DNA of 64,000 nucleotides from Blasia pusilla (Eukaryota). The stretch covers positions 43,772,001 through 43,836,000 of the forward strand of contig CM114271.1 of NCBI GenBank assembly GCA_050084515.1, in the 5' to 3' direction. The first letter of the stretch is position 1, and every line of letters starts with the position of its first letter. Under the pieces are notes generated by a model. It saw nothing but the letters and a program-made list of their open reading frames with translations. It searched no databases and had not been told where the DNA came from. Shown here in pieces: positions 1-12,712 of the stretch. The translations under genes and the position numbers were made by a program.

Positions 1-154
1 AGACGAATAGACAGTGCCATAGCGGAATTCGGTAAACAGTCATTCAGAAGCACGCTTTGTGCGTGTGCGATCAAGCGTACTTTACTTCCCCTGTTCTTGA
101 GCTCACTCTCGATCGCATCCCTCTTGACAATTCCCAGCAGACACTCTCTGTTCC

Positions 155-879
155 TGTCGTATCCCTACGACCCTAGACCCCTAGGTGAACGATGGTACTG
201 TAAGAGAGAGAGAGAGAAGAAAGAATCTATGAACTAGTACCCGGCGTCTCTTTGCGACCATAGACCCGTGCCCTGGTTGGACGAGGAGATCTGCAGGAGT
301 AAGAATCGATGTTAGTACCGCATGAGAGGGAAGGGATTCCCTCGTATGATGTTCCGGAGTGCCTACCATGTGTACTGTTAGTGCGGAGCCTGTAGTTGTC
401 ATCCAAGAAATTCTCGACTAGCACAATTTCTTACAGGAGTTTTCAGCCCAAAGATCATAATGACTGACCAGAGAATGTAGGCTATACTAAATGTGACAAA
501 AAGCCCTGGTGATCCCAGATTGGTAATTTCAGCATAGTTTGTTGCTTAATTTTGCACAAGTGACCAGACAGTTTCATCCCCAGCATCGCACAATGTGCAA
601 GACTTTCATTGTGCTCCCATTCTGTTCTTTCCGCCATTCAAGGGAATAGCCCCTGTCCCGCACTTGAGCCAAGTTCAGAATCAGGGATTCCCCCGGACAC
701 AGTTATTGAGCTGTGGTTTTTCAGGACACACACTCAGCTGGGAGAGATGTGATTATTTTGCTGATTCATCGCTGCCGTGTCCTGTGAGAGTACCTCCATC
801 CTTGATCTCTGCTAGTTCAGGGTGTTCAGTAGAGAGAGGTTTCATTCTTGAAAAAATATTCTTTTTTGAGCTTCCTCAC

Positions 880-922
<43 letters not shown>

Positions 923-1120
923 CACTCATTAAGCAGTGCCTGTCGTAGCCTTCGGACCATCGGCTCCGTGCCCTGGTTGGACGGTGCTTGAGACTGGGAT
1001 GGGTGTAGAGAGAGGAAGAAGTGAAGAAGGTACCATATGAGGTATGAGAGACTGTACTCATTAAGTAGTACCTGTCGTTGCCTTGCGACCATAAACCCAG
1101 CGCCCTGGTTGGACGGTGCC
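155..1120 (-). repeat. Four copies of a ~48-nt exon-like module (about 155-199, 241-290, 940-988, 1071-1119)
   Basis: The minus-strand core CGTCCAACCAGGGC...TGGTC is present in three copies; the 155-199 copy is degenerate. Copies are preceded by a pyrimidine tract plus AG, and two are followed by GTACT. Confidence 0.6.
883..920. repeat. (GA)n microsatellite
   Basis: Direct read of the sequence. Confidence 0.95.
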
Positions 1121-2611
1121 TGAAGAACACATACAGAGTAAGAGAAAGAGAGAGAGGGTAGTTCGGGTGCAGTCGACGAATAAAAGTGCAGGACAGGGTT
1201 ACTATTTGTCGTTTCCTTCTGTACACCCAGCTCGAAATAGTGAGATAGAAAGCAAATCGAGAGAATAGACACGGCTCATTTGCTTTTCTTCCGTTGGAGT
1301 GTGCGTGAGTGACAATCGTTGTCCTTCATCTTGTTGGATGAGGGCTCCGTCGCATTGCGTCCGTGCGAGAGAAAGAAGAAGTGATTTCTAGTCCACGGAA
1401 AGCCAACTTGGCATATTGGACCCCTTCCACATATGTGGCATTTACATCGCATCCGAGAGAGAGAGCAGTACACATTATCCAGCTAGAGGTCAAGGCAGTG
1501 TTTTCAATTTCTTCTATTCACCAGACGAGCTTGGACAACTACGTGGAGGGCTGGGCAGGAATGTGTTCCTGGGTCCATTTTGCCGGTCTCTCGTCGGCAG
1601 TTAATTCAGCTTATCTGTCGTGTCCACATTTTAGCTCATCCTGTCCTTCTCTGAGCGTCGATGCCTCAACAAACTGAGCTGATTAATCCCCTCGCTTTCT
1701 AAGTTTTTTTCCCTCCTCCTCTTTCTTATTCTCAGCGACGGAGCTCGGAAATTGGTTACGTGGTCAAAGATCCCGTGTCATTCTTTGCGGGGAAAACCCC
1801 GAGAAATCACCACACTCAATGCTAGCGTGATCACATAGTTCCCTCGGCGCTACGAGCTTTCGTTGCTTGTGCTTTTCTTCGTCCATTATAGGCTCACGAG
1901 AGCTCGATCCGCTTCCAACGACCTCAATGAGGAGCTTGCTAGTAGATGGTCTAGAGTCGTCACTACAGCAAAATGGAGCTGGTCTCAGCTACGAGTTTGC
2001 GGGGTAGAGGAGATGAGGAATCATTCTATCGATCTAATGATTCTCTCGAAGACTGCGTCCAGTAAATTTCCTGTCCTTGTTGGTCGTTGGCTGTCAAGCT
2101 CCACTAGGGCAGCGACGTGACGAATCGAGTCTGATTATTTGGTTTTCCTTTGCTACGTTTCTTTCTTCCTGTTAAACCATGGCAGATGGATCAGTTCTCT
2201 CTTAGCTTGCAGGATTGAACTCAGCGGTGGGAAGCTTCCCGAGCTGCTGGCTCACTCCTCTTATACGTTTTTTCAGTTGTTTTGATTCACAGATTCCCTT
2301 GGTCCTCCTGGACACAAACGAGCCTACCTATATATGAGCCTGTACATTTGCTACGCAATTGCCCTCTGAGAAATGCGACATTTATGCTCCTCCCTTTGCT
2401 CCGTTTGTGATCGTGATAACTCAGAAGTTGCAATTGCCTAAATTAAATGGCTTTCCGTGAGGGTCCATGCCTATTTATCTCTCTGGTCGCCGCCCTCTGT
2501 TCATGATGGGTTATTTTGTCCCGGAGATGTCACCCATGATGCTCTACATACGCATTCTTTGCTGACAAGTTTGGGCAATTAGGCTAGACTCAGAACGTAG
2601 TCACCTACAGT

Positions 2612-5600
2612 ATGGGACCATATCTTCGATCTGCATCGATATGTCTTCGATCTGGGAAGCGGAAGGCCGTGATGCCAGATTACAGGCATTCCAAGGTTTG
2701 CCGGAAGGACCTTCTATTTAGACAGACACTTTCCATGGTTTTTATTTCACCTCACACAATTGCGAGTGACCTTGTAGGGATTCCCCACTGGTGTCGTAAC
2801 CATGGATTGTTCCTGATGTATGTGTTGTTCTCTTTGCAGATGAGGTTTCCAAAACGTCAAACTAAGGAGAGAAGTGGTATCCTTGATAATCCTCATGACC
2901 AAAAAGTTACAGGGAAAGCTCAGAGATGTCGAGATGGAGTTGTAGGTGAGTCAGCCGTGCTTTATTCTATCCCTCCTCGCGAGTGAATGTGGCTCTGCTC
3001 AAAGGCATGTATGTGACTTCGAAATCTTGTGCCGATTTTAAGAACCCCAGATCCCATGGGTAACTTGGACAGGCAGATTTCGCGCTTAGTAGAAGGCATT
3101 GAAATGTCGTTTGAAGCAATCGTGAAAGTTTTGTGTTACTTTCATGAAGTAAAGTTAATTTTAGTTTCTAAGCACATTGTCTGCTGCAAGGAGTCGTCGC
3201 TCAAGCAGGTTTTCACAGAGTCTTCTGGATCTGCAGACAAAGCTCAGTCTGGAGCAAACAGAGACAACGAGGTCCCGGGAGAAAGCCAGTGGCTAAATCC
3301 CCGGGACAAGCAGCAAAGGGTGCTGAAAGAGGTTGATAAAGTCATGATCAAGAATTTCGAGGAATTGAGTCTTTCAGAACGGCGCCAGATGATACTTCAG
3401 TACATAGACGACCTCTCAAAGGTCGTGCAAGATCTTGAAGCTGTGTTCGGGCGATGTTTGGGACTGACTACCTCCCAGCGCCTGCACGTACCAGAGAAGC
3501 ATGAGACAACGACGGAATCTACAACACAGAAGCCTTCCTCCAGTGAGCATGACCCTAGCGATCATGGTACTCGGGCTCCCATGATAACAGATGAAGGAGA
3601 CCCAGGCGATCCCAGCGCAGGAGTGGCATCTAGAGGGAAATTATTGCATCCTAAAAGTGGGGCTCAGTGCCCGGCAGAGAGTTACATTGATGCGGCAGAT
3701 CGATCGCAAGGGGGTGACCACGTAAGTGTTGACAACGATACTTCGGTACCAGAAGGAGCCATGCAAGCACACCAGGACATCCTATCTTCCTCTCGAAGGG
3801 ACGTCATGGATGTTCATAAAGCTAATGCACCACTCGATTGTGACTCCATGGATCAAGTGTACCGTGAGGATGACGATCAAATAGGTGCGCTTTCCACACA
3901 AGCAGCGGGAGCAAGTGTTCTGCACAATGAGCAAGTCAGCCGAGTCGACGATGATCAAAGTTTTGCACCCACAAAGCAACGCATAGGCCAAAACCTGGAG
4001 GCAGATGTCTTCCAGAAAAGGAGGCGAAGGAAGAAAAGGAGAAAATTGTTTACGCATATCAAGAAACACCACGTGCAGTTCATCCCCAAACGACGTGCAG
4101 TTCGGGATGGCAAAGTACGAACTCCTCGAAGTGACGAAGTTGAAATGAAAGACAGAGAACCCAAAGTCACGAAGAAGCCGCATGTCTTAGTTAATGAGCA
4201 TGACGAGGAGAAAACGGTTTATGAGCCCTACGATAGGACTTCAGACGCAAAGAAGCAACGAATTGTGGACACAGATCCAGACGAGGATGAGCTTGCCGGA
4301 TACTTTCAGGAACTTGCCTTCTTCTCGGATGATGGATGGGTAAATTCTACTCTGTTCCACTGTCTGCTCCGAGGGTTGTAATCTTTCCCTGTAGATTGCG
4401 AAGTTTAGGGACTCTGAGAGATTGGGCAAATCTTTTGTATGGTTTAAATCCTCAATGCTATGGACATCTCCATGAGGTTTAATCTCCACTGCTGATCTCC
4501 TATCAACGTATTGCCAACATGGAGTCTTCTCTAGGTTTCACCACTTTTATTACCTTAATGGAAATACCACTTCGTGATTGCAGGGAAAACCAAAACCCAT
4601 GATGGAGGAAAAAATGAACTCCAGGGATAAAGAGGGGTGCTCACACAAGTATCAGCTGGAAGATGATGTAGGTTGGGTATGCGAGCAGTGTGGGTTAGTC
4701 ATTCAAGATATACAATCTGTTTTCCTGCCTGAGGTAAGAACTGATTTTGCCGCAAGAAAAAATAGACTTGGTTGTTGGGGATGACTCAAACTAAAGGTCT
4801 TCTAGGATTTTCTCGCTTAGCGAATGCCTTTTTCCCTTGAAGTTATTAGTGTTCGTTCAATGGGTGTTGATCCTAATCCTTTCGGTTTTTTGTATTCTTT
4901 ACTCTGCCTAAAATTCGAGTTTCTGTGTAGATTCTCATGTCGTCTAAGAAACAAGCTCCAACGCAGCGCGCACAGGAAGATATTGCGGAAAGCAGTTCCT
5001 TGGAGCATTCTAGGAAATTCCTCCCCTTGCCGACGTCAGGGGAGAAATTTCCTAGACTGAATTTAAGCTTACACCCATTTTATGATGAGCATCTCCACCC
5101 GCATCAGAAGGAAGGTTTCAAGTTCCTAGCAAAAAATCTTGTAGGTGAATCCAGTAGCAAGCTAGAACCAGGAGGCTGCATCCTTGCCCATGCCCCAGGA
5201 ACTGGAAAGTCCTTGTTGACAGTCAGTTTCATCCAGTGTTTCCTGACTGCGTTTCCAGAAGGAAGACCCGTGATTGTGGCCCCAAAGATCATGCTGAAGC
5301 CCTGGGAGAAGGAGTTCGAGAATTGGAATGTTGAAGACATTCCTACATACAACTTGAACGAGTGTGGCAAAAAGGGAGGACGTGGTACGAAGGACGCTAT
5401 GGATACCAGGCTCTGTGGAAACCTTCAGAGCAGGAGGTTGAAGCTCATCAAGAAGTGGCTCCAAACAAGGAGTGTTCTGCTCGTGAGTTACAACTTGTTT
5501 CACATCTTGATTCTCAAGGGTCTGGAGGATGAGTCCTTTGGATCTATAAAGCAGCAGATATGTCAGGCATTACTGGAAGGGCCGGAATTGCTCGTTCTTG

Positions 5601-6871
5601 ATGAAGGGCACTTTCCACGAACTAAGCGCACAAAAATCTCTCAAGCACTCATGCGGGTGCATACAAAACGCAGAGTGCTTCTAACAGGTACACTGTTCCA
5701 GAACAACTTCAAGGAGATCTTCAACCTCCTGAGGCTCTCCAGGCACAATTTCATGTCTTTCCTTCCTGAGTTTGCAGCTGAGTTGAAAGCTCGAGAGTTA
5801 GGCAAGAAGAATGACGATAACCTCACAGTGGAGGAGATCGACATGAGTACACGGGAGTGTGAAGAACAGATGTTTATGGAAGGTATTGGATGCAAATTGG
5901 AGGATTTTGTGCAAGGAGCTAGTTACTCTGAAGATATGAATAGGGTCTTGCACAAGTTACGGGCACTCACTTCTCCGATTGTTCACTGGTATGCTGGACA
6001 AATCCTCGAGAATCTTCCGGGTCTTAGCGAGTTTGTAGTCTACTTGAATCTCACAGAAGATCAGCAGGAATTGTACTCGCATCTGAAATGCAAAAGAGGC
6101 CTGGAAGAGAGGACAAGAATTGCCGAAGTATGCATCCATCCAGCACTCCTGAAGAACGATGACAGTCTTGCTATATCAGGTCCCCAACTTCATAGTGAGC
6201 AGGAACCCCTCAAAGGAGTGAAGACGGCTTTTGTCTTCCATCTCTTGCGCCGCTGCATGGTCTGTAACGAAAAGCTGCTCATTTTCTGTCAGACTCTGGG
6301 GCCCCTTGCTCTCATCGGGTCTATGCTCACCAAGATGATGGGCTGGTCAAGAAGTATCGAGTTCGTCTGTCTAGACGGAACAATGCAATCTGAAGACAGG
6401 CAGCAGGTGATCGATCAGTTCAACGAGGGAAGCAGTAAAACCCGTGTCATGCTGGCCTCGATCACAGCTTGTAAGGAGGGTATCTCCCTTGTGGGAGCTT
6501 CACGAGTGGTAATTTTGGATGTCCTTTGGAATCCATCTGTGGTTCGTCAAGCCGTCAGTCGAGCGTTCAGGTTAGGCCAGACGAGGAAAGTCTATGTTTA
6601 CAGGCTGGTCGCAGCCAACACCAAAGAGGAGAAAATCTTCCAGGGGGCAATTCAGAAGGATTGGCTCTCAAGGATATTGATGGATCAATCCTTCAGGATG
6701 ACTAGCAGGGGTTTCAATCCCGCGAACATCTTACGCATCGATAAAACTCCCTGTGATAAAATGCTGCAGAATCTAGTGGAAACCGATAAATGCAACAGGA
6801 TTGATCGTATCTGTCGATACCAAACACTCTCGTCCAGCGCCGCTGACAGATCAAAGTGGGACTACGAATGA
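2612..6871 (+). CDS. CLASSY/DRD1-subfamily SNF2 chromatin remodeller (RdDM-associated), multi-exon
   Basis: The last exon 4931-6871 has SNF2 motifs GGCILAHAPGTGKS, LVLDEGHFPR, LLTGTLFQNN and WNPSVVRQAVSRAFRLGQ. Exon 4584-4733 has the CLSY/DRD1-type CxH...GxxCxxCG motif (CSHKYQLEDDVGWVCEQCGLV). Phase-0 GT-AG junctions at 4339/4584 and 4733/4931 join the exons in frame. Upstream exons at about 2612-2695, 2840-2945 and 3165(or 3219)-4339 are phase-compatible, but the start codon is uncertain. Confidence 0.9.
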
Positions 6872-8009
6872 GAGGAAAATCCAGACGAGGCGTGAAGATT
6901 ATCGGGGTGAGACCGACTAATGTCCACGTTTGGCTTGCGCCATAGCTCATGAGGATAAGTGACACGAATTTATCTGAGTCAGCGCAGAAATGAAGCACAT
7001 GCACAGCGAAGGACTACTGTGCATTCTGATTCTAATAGGACAGGTTTCAAGTATCCGTATGCAAATATGTAGGAAACTTCGATTCCTGGACTTGGTCTTC
7101 TTTGGTTGAAAACTGCCGCAGGGACGTCGAATTGTACAGTAATGTATCGCAATGACACACTGACAGAGCTTTCCTCTGAAAGACGCACTTCCACACACAA
7201 CTGAATTTATAGAAACCTTACCCACGTTTGATTTTCAACTTCGCATATCCGCGTGCATGTCTTCTTTCACTTTTGAATTGAAAGGCCTACTGCTCTTACA
7301 CAACGATTCCTTACCGGGAAATGAGAAGTCCTCGCTTGACTCGGAACCCAACGGAAGTACGATGGCCCTCTCTTTTAGCCTCAACGGCCCTCAAAAAGAA
7401 AAGGGGCACCTCGCATAAGTCAAACTCATCAATAGCATATAGCACAGAAATATTAGCTTCGTCTAGAATGACAACCGTTAAGAACACTTTTTACGGGGAT
7501 CTTTCATGGCCTAAGCCCGTTGGAAAAGCCAACTAGTTTAGGCATGCTCGAAATTTAGGGTTTATGGAGATTTGTTGTCTACGCTAAAGAATCGTAGTAG
7601 TTAAAGTTGACTCATTCATCGATTGAAGATGAAAGTGCAATTCGTGAGGAACGAGTCCCGCCTCTTCCCCATAACTTCATATATTTATGTGGTTAGGAGG
7701 ACGAATCGATGTCCGCCATGAAGTTGATTATAGAGATGGGTCTTCTTCACTGCTGCAATTTTTGCCGACATTTCTTGTAGCAATCTTCCTTGTGCTATCA
7801 CCTGAGTTCGCATAGACTCCCACGTAGGATCCCTCACTACAACATCTACCATCACCACCATAACCTCTTGTGTCATGTCAATTTAATTTCCAAAAAGAGG
7901 AAATTAAATTGTGATCATGAATGTTTAATCATAATATGGAGTGGTATTTTTGTTCCCATGCGATGCATTGAGTAGGAAGGACCTTCTTGGCATTCAAAAG
8001 GGTACCTTG

Positions 8010-8897
8010 TGTTTGTGTTATCGTGCGCATACACATCGCTGTTCACTTCCACACAACAGACATCGTTGAGCTTCTTAACACATGCAAAAAATTACAATCA
8101 CAAATGTATACCAAGACCACATGTACGACCGATCCACAAGGCAACTTGGTCTCTTAACTTTATGTAGCACACATTGTATCCACTAGATACAATCTACAAC
8201 TTGATACACATTTGGCACATGCCTATAGTCTTATGAGAATCACATCAAGAAGAAGAGGGGAAGGGTAGAAAGGGGCGGGAGGATGATAAATCACAATAAA
8301 TGCCACCCTCTAAAACAACCATCACAAACCAATATGGTGGTTGCACCTCACAACTTCATACAACATACGCCTAAAGCCCATAGGTACAAGTGCCAAGCTT
8401 GGATCTATTCTCCCAACTAGAAGATGACATGGCACTCAATTGCGTATATGATCCTTCCAAACCACATCATCATGTCCTTCTAGCATGAGGACTTTGATAG
8501 ACAACATCTCATGCACACGGAAAATTTTCTCCCAGAGTTAACATCTAGCATTATTAGTGTTACATACACATATTCTTCATGATGAAATATTATGATCCCT
8601 AGACAATAGCCTCCTCCACAAATGGTTGCATATCTCAATGTATCCATATCTAGGTCATGAAGGTCCAATATCTCTGCCATGTTACATTGAATAACTAAAA
8701 GTAAGTTGTGCTCTTTCCTACATAGCAAAAATTATGGTGAAAATAACACTAAGAATGCCTACGAGTTGAAATGACACCCCGTTGCTAACTATGGAAAGTG
8801 TAGTTCTCACTCCCTTAAATGTTCACATAGCAAGCCATATTTGTATAGTACTCTCTTCACCGAATGACTACTTTCTCCGCCAATTTATTCGCCCCAA
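8010..8897 (-). mobile_element. Ty3/Gypsy remnant: integrase C-terminal half, PHD finger and 3' UTR/LTR piece (decayed)
   Basis: Minus-strand translation through stops and frameshifts gives ANKLAEKVV..KRVLYKYGL, DTLRYATICGGGY, LEGHDDVVWKDHIRN*VPCHL, then ATTILVCDGCFRGWHLL*..PPL (PHD-like). 8022-8053 GTGCGCATACACATCGCTGTTCACTTCCACA matches 12716-12745 GTGCGCATTCACATCGCTATACAATCCACA. Confidence 0.75.
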
Positions 8898-9044
8898 TTT
8901 TTTGGAACTATGGAATAGTCATCTTTCTAGGATTTGGTTGGAGCTTGTGTGCTAGAGTCTCAAATTTCCGCATGGCGGAAAATGGATATGGCTTGATGAC
9001 TATACGTAGATTTAAGAGTAGAGTTGGTCGTGACCTATTTCTAC

Positions 9045-9156
9045 TTCGAGCAAAGGTGTTGGCTGAACAAGGTACTGAGTTTAGAGGAGAGCTCCAAGCC
9101 TTGTATAATCAAGCGTTGATAGATCACCACACTATGTTTAGGGATCATCTTGGGGC
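9045..9156 (+). mobile_element. Inverted fragment of the Gypsy integrase core
   Basis: AKVLAEQGTEFRGELQALYNQALIDHHTMFRDHL resembles the rve segment EVLTDQGTEF...IDH..TS..HP. Confidence 0.7.
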
Positions 9157-9699
9157 TCCTAGAAAGATCACTATTAATTCCATAGGCTCAACATGAGAAA
9201 AGATGGCTAGTGAGAGCCATCTCCTCATCTTTTACACACTCCGGAAGAGGCAAAATAGCTTTTCCCCAAAAACAATAGAAAATGGCAATCTACGGGCATA
9301 CATATTATCGAATGCATGTTGACTTCATCAATATGTCACTTGGCTTAAAATAGCAAAAAAAAGATTTGTTGGAAATATAATACCCTCCCATATTGATGTT
9401 GAGAATTGAACACTCTTCTATAAATTCGTCTTAAAATCCTATGACATGTGGCATAAAATGAGAGTTTAAGGGGAATTGCTTAGACAAATAATGGTATAGA
9501 TATGTGGAATCATGGTCTTAAAATCCTTTTTTGAGAGGAAAATTTTCTCATTTCCTCCAAAATTAGAGGAGGAATGTAAAATGGATGAGTAATCATCCAT
9601 GCGTATGTAATACTACTATTTGGGTGTACTTTTTGGGTAGTTTTTTTTAGAGAATGAGTAGTTTTTTTGTGTTCATAACGGATGTCCAAAATCCTCAAA

Positions 9700-10490
9700 G
9701 TTTTCTTAATTGTGGTTGGCTATTTGATACAAAATACAAAGGGACCCTATATTTTTAGTTTGTTTCTAGCAAGCAATTCACTAATGGAAACAAATATTCG
9801 TGATTTCAACCAGCAAGTTCAATTTGTATTTTGGGTTCTCCTTGGACATTGGTTGGGGCCGTGCTATGCACTTGGGCATATGGACGTAAACATGTACTGA
9901 TAGTGGCATTTGCATGGAGAGATTGACCCAAATAGGGATAATGGGAAAAAAAACACGATGAAAAGTTTGAGATGCGAAAATTCTTATGAGGGCAAATGTA
10001 AAAGAAGATTTTGGGGAGATTATTGTAAATATTTTTTAAAGAGATTTCTGGCCTACTATTTTTTGACAGATATTTATGGCTAATTTTTTTGACTCAAATT
10101 CTAGTCAATGTACAATTTCAAAAAATCTTCATGAATACACTTTTTGAAGAGAGTTCCAATAGATATGTCTAAAACTAGATCACATAACCTTTTTGGTTGG
10201 ATATATTTGATGATCCAATCCAACAAAAAATTGCGTGTGAGATTAATTGGGATTTTAATAAGGAGAAGCTAATACAAATGGCAACATAGATTTTACGGGC
10301 TAGCATGCACTTGGATAGATTAATTGGTTGGAGACCATTCATTTGGTCATCTATTTATCATTTACTAGTAAAATGGATGTCTATGTGGTTATCGATGGCA
10401 AAAATACTCAACAAAGGTCTTTTATTAACACGCCTTGTTTCAATTAGGTTTGGTCAAATCTATTTGTCGAGTGACCTATTAACTCATTAA
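9700..10490 (+). mobile_element. Possible highly decayed LINE (ORF1/endonuclease) remnant
   Basis: Only weak traces, such as a GDFN-like TGGGATTTTAAT at about 10248; no long ORF. Confidence 0.25.
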
Positions 10491-11859
10491 AATAAGATAC
10501 GTGTATGAGGAAGCTTACTTGTTTCGAGAAGGCTTCAATAAAAAGTAAAGTATTAGTATTCCCATGCCTGAACGTATCTCTTGCCTCAACAACATATTTT
10601 GGTATTCTTCTCTTGTATCAATTAGCATTGTTCTCATTTGATTAATAGTATAACATTTATTTATTTCAAAAGTTTTTTTTATTCTCAATTTAATATTCAC
10701 TTCCATTTTTAATCTCTATTCCGTATCAAATAATTTTTAATCTTCGTATGACATTATTGTATGGTATTATATTTGATTAAATATTTTTAAATTTAAATAC
10801 ATCAAAAAGTTTTTACAAAAATAAATTTCATTTCAAGTTTTGATCTTTGAAAACTGTTGATTCCCATAAATGGAAATGCTTCTTTTACGAATATTTTTAC
10901 TTTACAACATACATTTTTAGATTTTTGAAAGTTATTGAGAATTTCATCATGCATTCCAAGGTGATGTGTATGACGGTGCTTATCAACATGGAATCATAAT
11001 TCGTAATATGTTTTAAAGCACATACATTCATTCATATGCCCATAAAATCCAGGCAATATGTTGAAAATTATTATTTACCCCGAGGATGGTTGTGGATTGT
11101 CCATTGCCTCAAGTTTTAGCGCATTTTCCCCCAGATTTTCCCATGGAAATGCATCCGTAACATGTTTTTGCCTTTGTAACATGTTTTTGGTTGTTTTCTG
11201 CCATGATTTCTCACATTCCTAATTCATTTTCAATGTGTTTCCACCTTCATAACCAAAAGGTCTAGTGGAGGGATAGTTCTTGGATGCACACACGATGATG
11301 TACATGTTTTGGTTAGAAGACAATCCTTGGTCCTTGATTGACAATTTGATAAGGATACCTACTTCTTTGCTATACCATTTTCATTTATGTCGGAAAGCTT
11401 TGATTAACTTTGCATGGTATTCACATAAATAATATTCATTAAAACGAATTAAATTTTCATTATTATATGTGTAAGAATAGTTATGAGAAGGAGTTAATTT
11501 ATCAGGTAAAATACCAAATGTGAAGTTTGAAAGGAGAGATGAAGAAATGAATTTCTCAAAGAAATACATGAATCAAAGAAGATGGGGAACCCACAAACAA
11601 TAGAAGGAGAGGAGTTTAAAGAGTTGGGGACTCCAATTAGGTAGGAAGGTTTTTTTTAAGGGATGAGGGAAATTTTTTTATTAATATGGAAGAAGGAGAT
11701 TTCTTCATAAAGAAAAACGAAAATGATTTTTTTGAAAAAAGAGAGCATAAGATTGGCTTTCAAAATCTGAAAAAACTAATGGATTCCCAATGCTAATTAC
11801 CTATTGTTAATTTGAATCATCATGTGATAGGTAATTACCTCATGACTTATAATTTAACA

Positions 11860-12180
11860 AATCCAGAAAATTCTTAATTGACCTCTTAAATCAAATTTGA
11901 ATGATCTTGTTGACTGATAGATCAAAAAATCCTATTTGCTTAGAGAGCGAGGTGTCACGAGGAGAGATGTTTGAAAGTCAAAGGAGCACTTTCAAATAGT
12001 AATATGAATTAAAAAAAAGCACTCTCAAATAATAATATAAATTATAAAAAGAATTAATATAAACTTGTGCAATGCACGGATTTATATTACCTCACATAAT
12101 TCCCTCTCAAAATTCTCAAGTGCCATTTAAAATCTATTTCGAGTGATTCTATTGATTCAAAAGACGAGCGATCCCATTGG
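11860..12180 (+). mobile_element. Non-autonomous repeat with a Helitron-like 3' hairpin; an inverted homolog lies at 30295-30440
   Basis: 11925-12010 and 12105-12175 align to the reverse complement of 30295-30375 and 30370-30440. 12065-12079 TTGTGCAATGCACGG resembles the subterminal Helitron hairpin, although no intact CTAG terminus is seen. Confidence 0.5.
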
Positions 12181-12658
12181 TGGAAAATGTCAAGTATCAT
12201 GAGCAGAGGTGTTTTTAAGATGAAGGGGCTATAGTACGCATAGATATCGCTACACAATCCAAATTATTGGTCACATCCTCACCATACAACATCGATCTTC
12301 CCAACACACGGGTAGATCCATACACTTGTATGCAAAAATTAACTATTGCATGTACATGAGGAGGGAGATATGGCTTGAGAAAGCTATCACTCCCTCTCTT
12401 GTCGCCTTAGGAAGAGCCACGAGACTCTTCCCTCCAAGCAATCCCACCGGTAACATGCGTGCACACGTTATCGGGTGATGCTTGTTGTGGTCAACAACTC
12501 ACTTGGATGACAAAGACCAAAGTAGTGAAGTTGTTAGAAATGACGTTCCTGACACAATAGACTTGTCGTCAACCTCATCCGACACCTCACGACAAAGTTA
12601 CACCCAAACAATATGAGGATCTTCTATGTCATCGACGTGGTAGAACTCTACCTATCGG

Positions 12659-12712
<54 letters not shown>
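12659..12712. repeat. (CTAA)n tetranucleotide microsatellite, about 13 units
   Basis: Direct read; it lies within the LTR-like region. Confidence 0.95.

Noticed and set aside
155-1120. CRISPR-like array or known miRNA cluster
   Set aside because: The context is eukaryotic, the spacing is irregular, no cas genes are present, and the units match no conserved miRNA I recall.
12659-12712. Interstitial telomere repeat
   Set aside because: The unit is CTAA/TTAG, not the plant TTTAGGG, so it is treated as a simple microsatellite.
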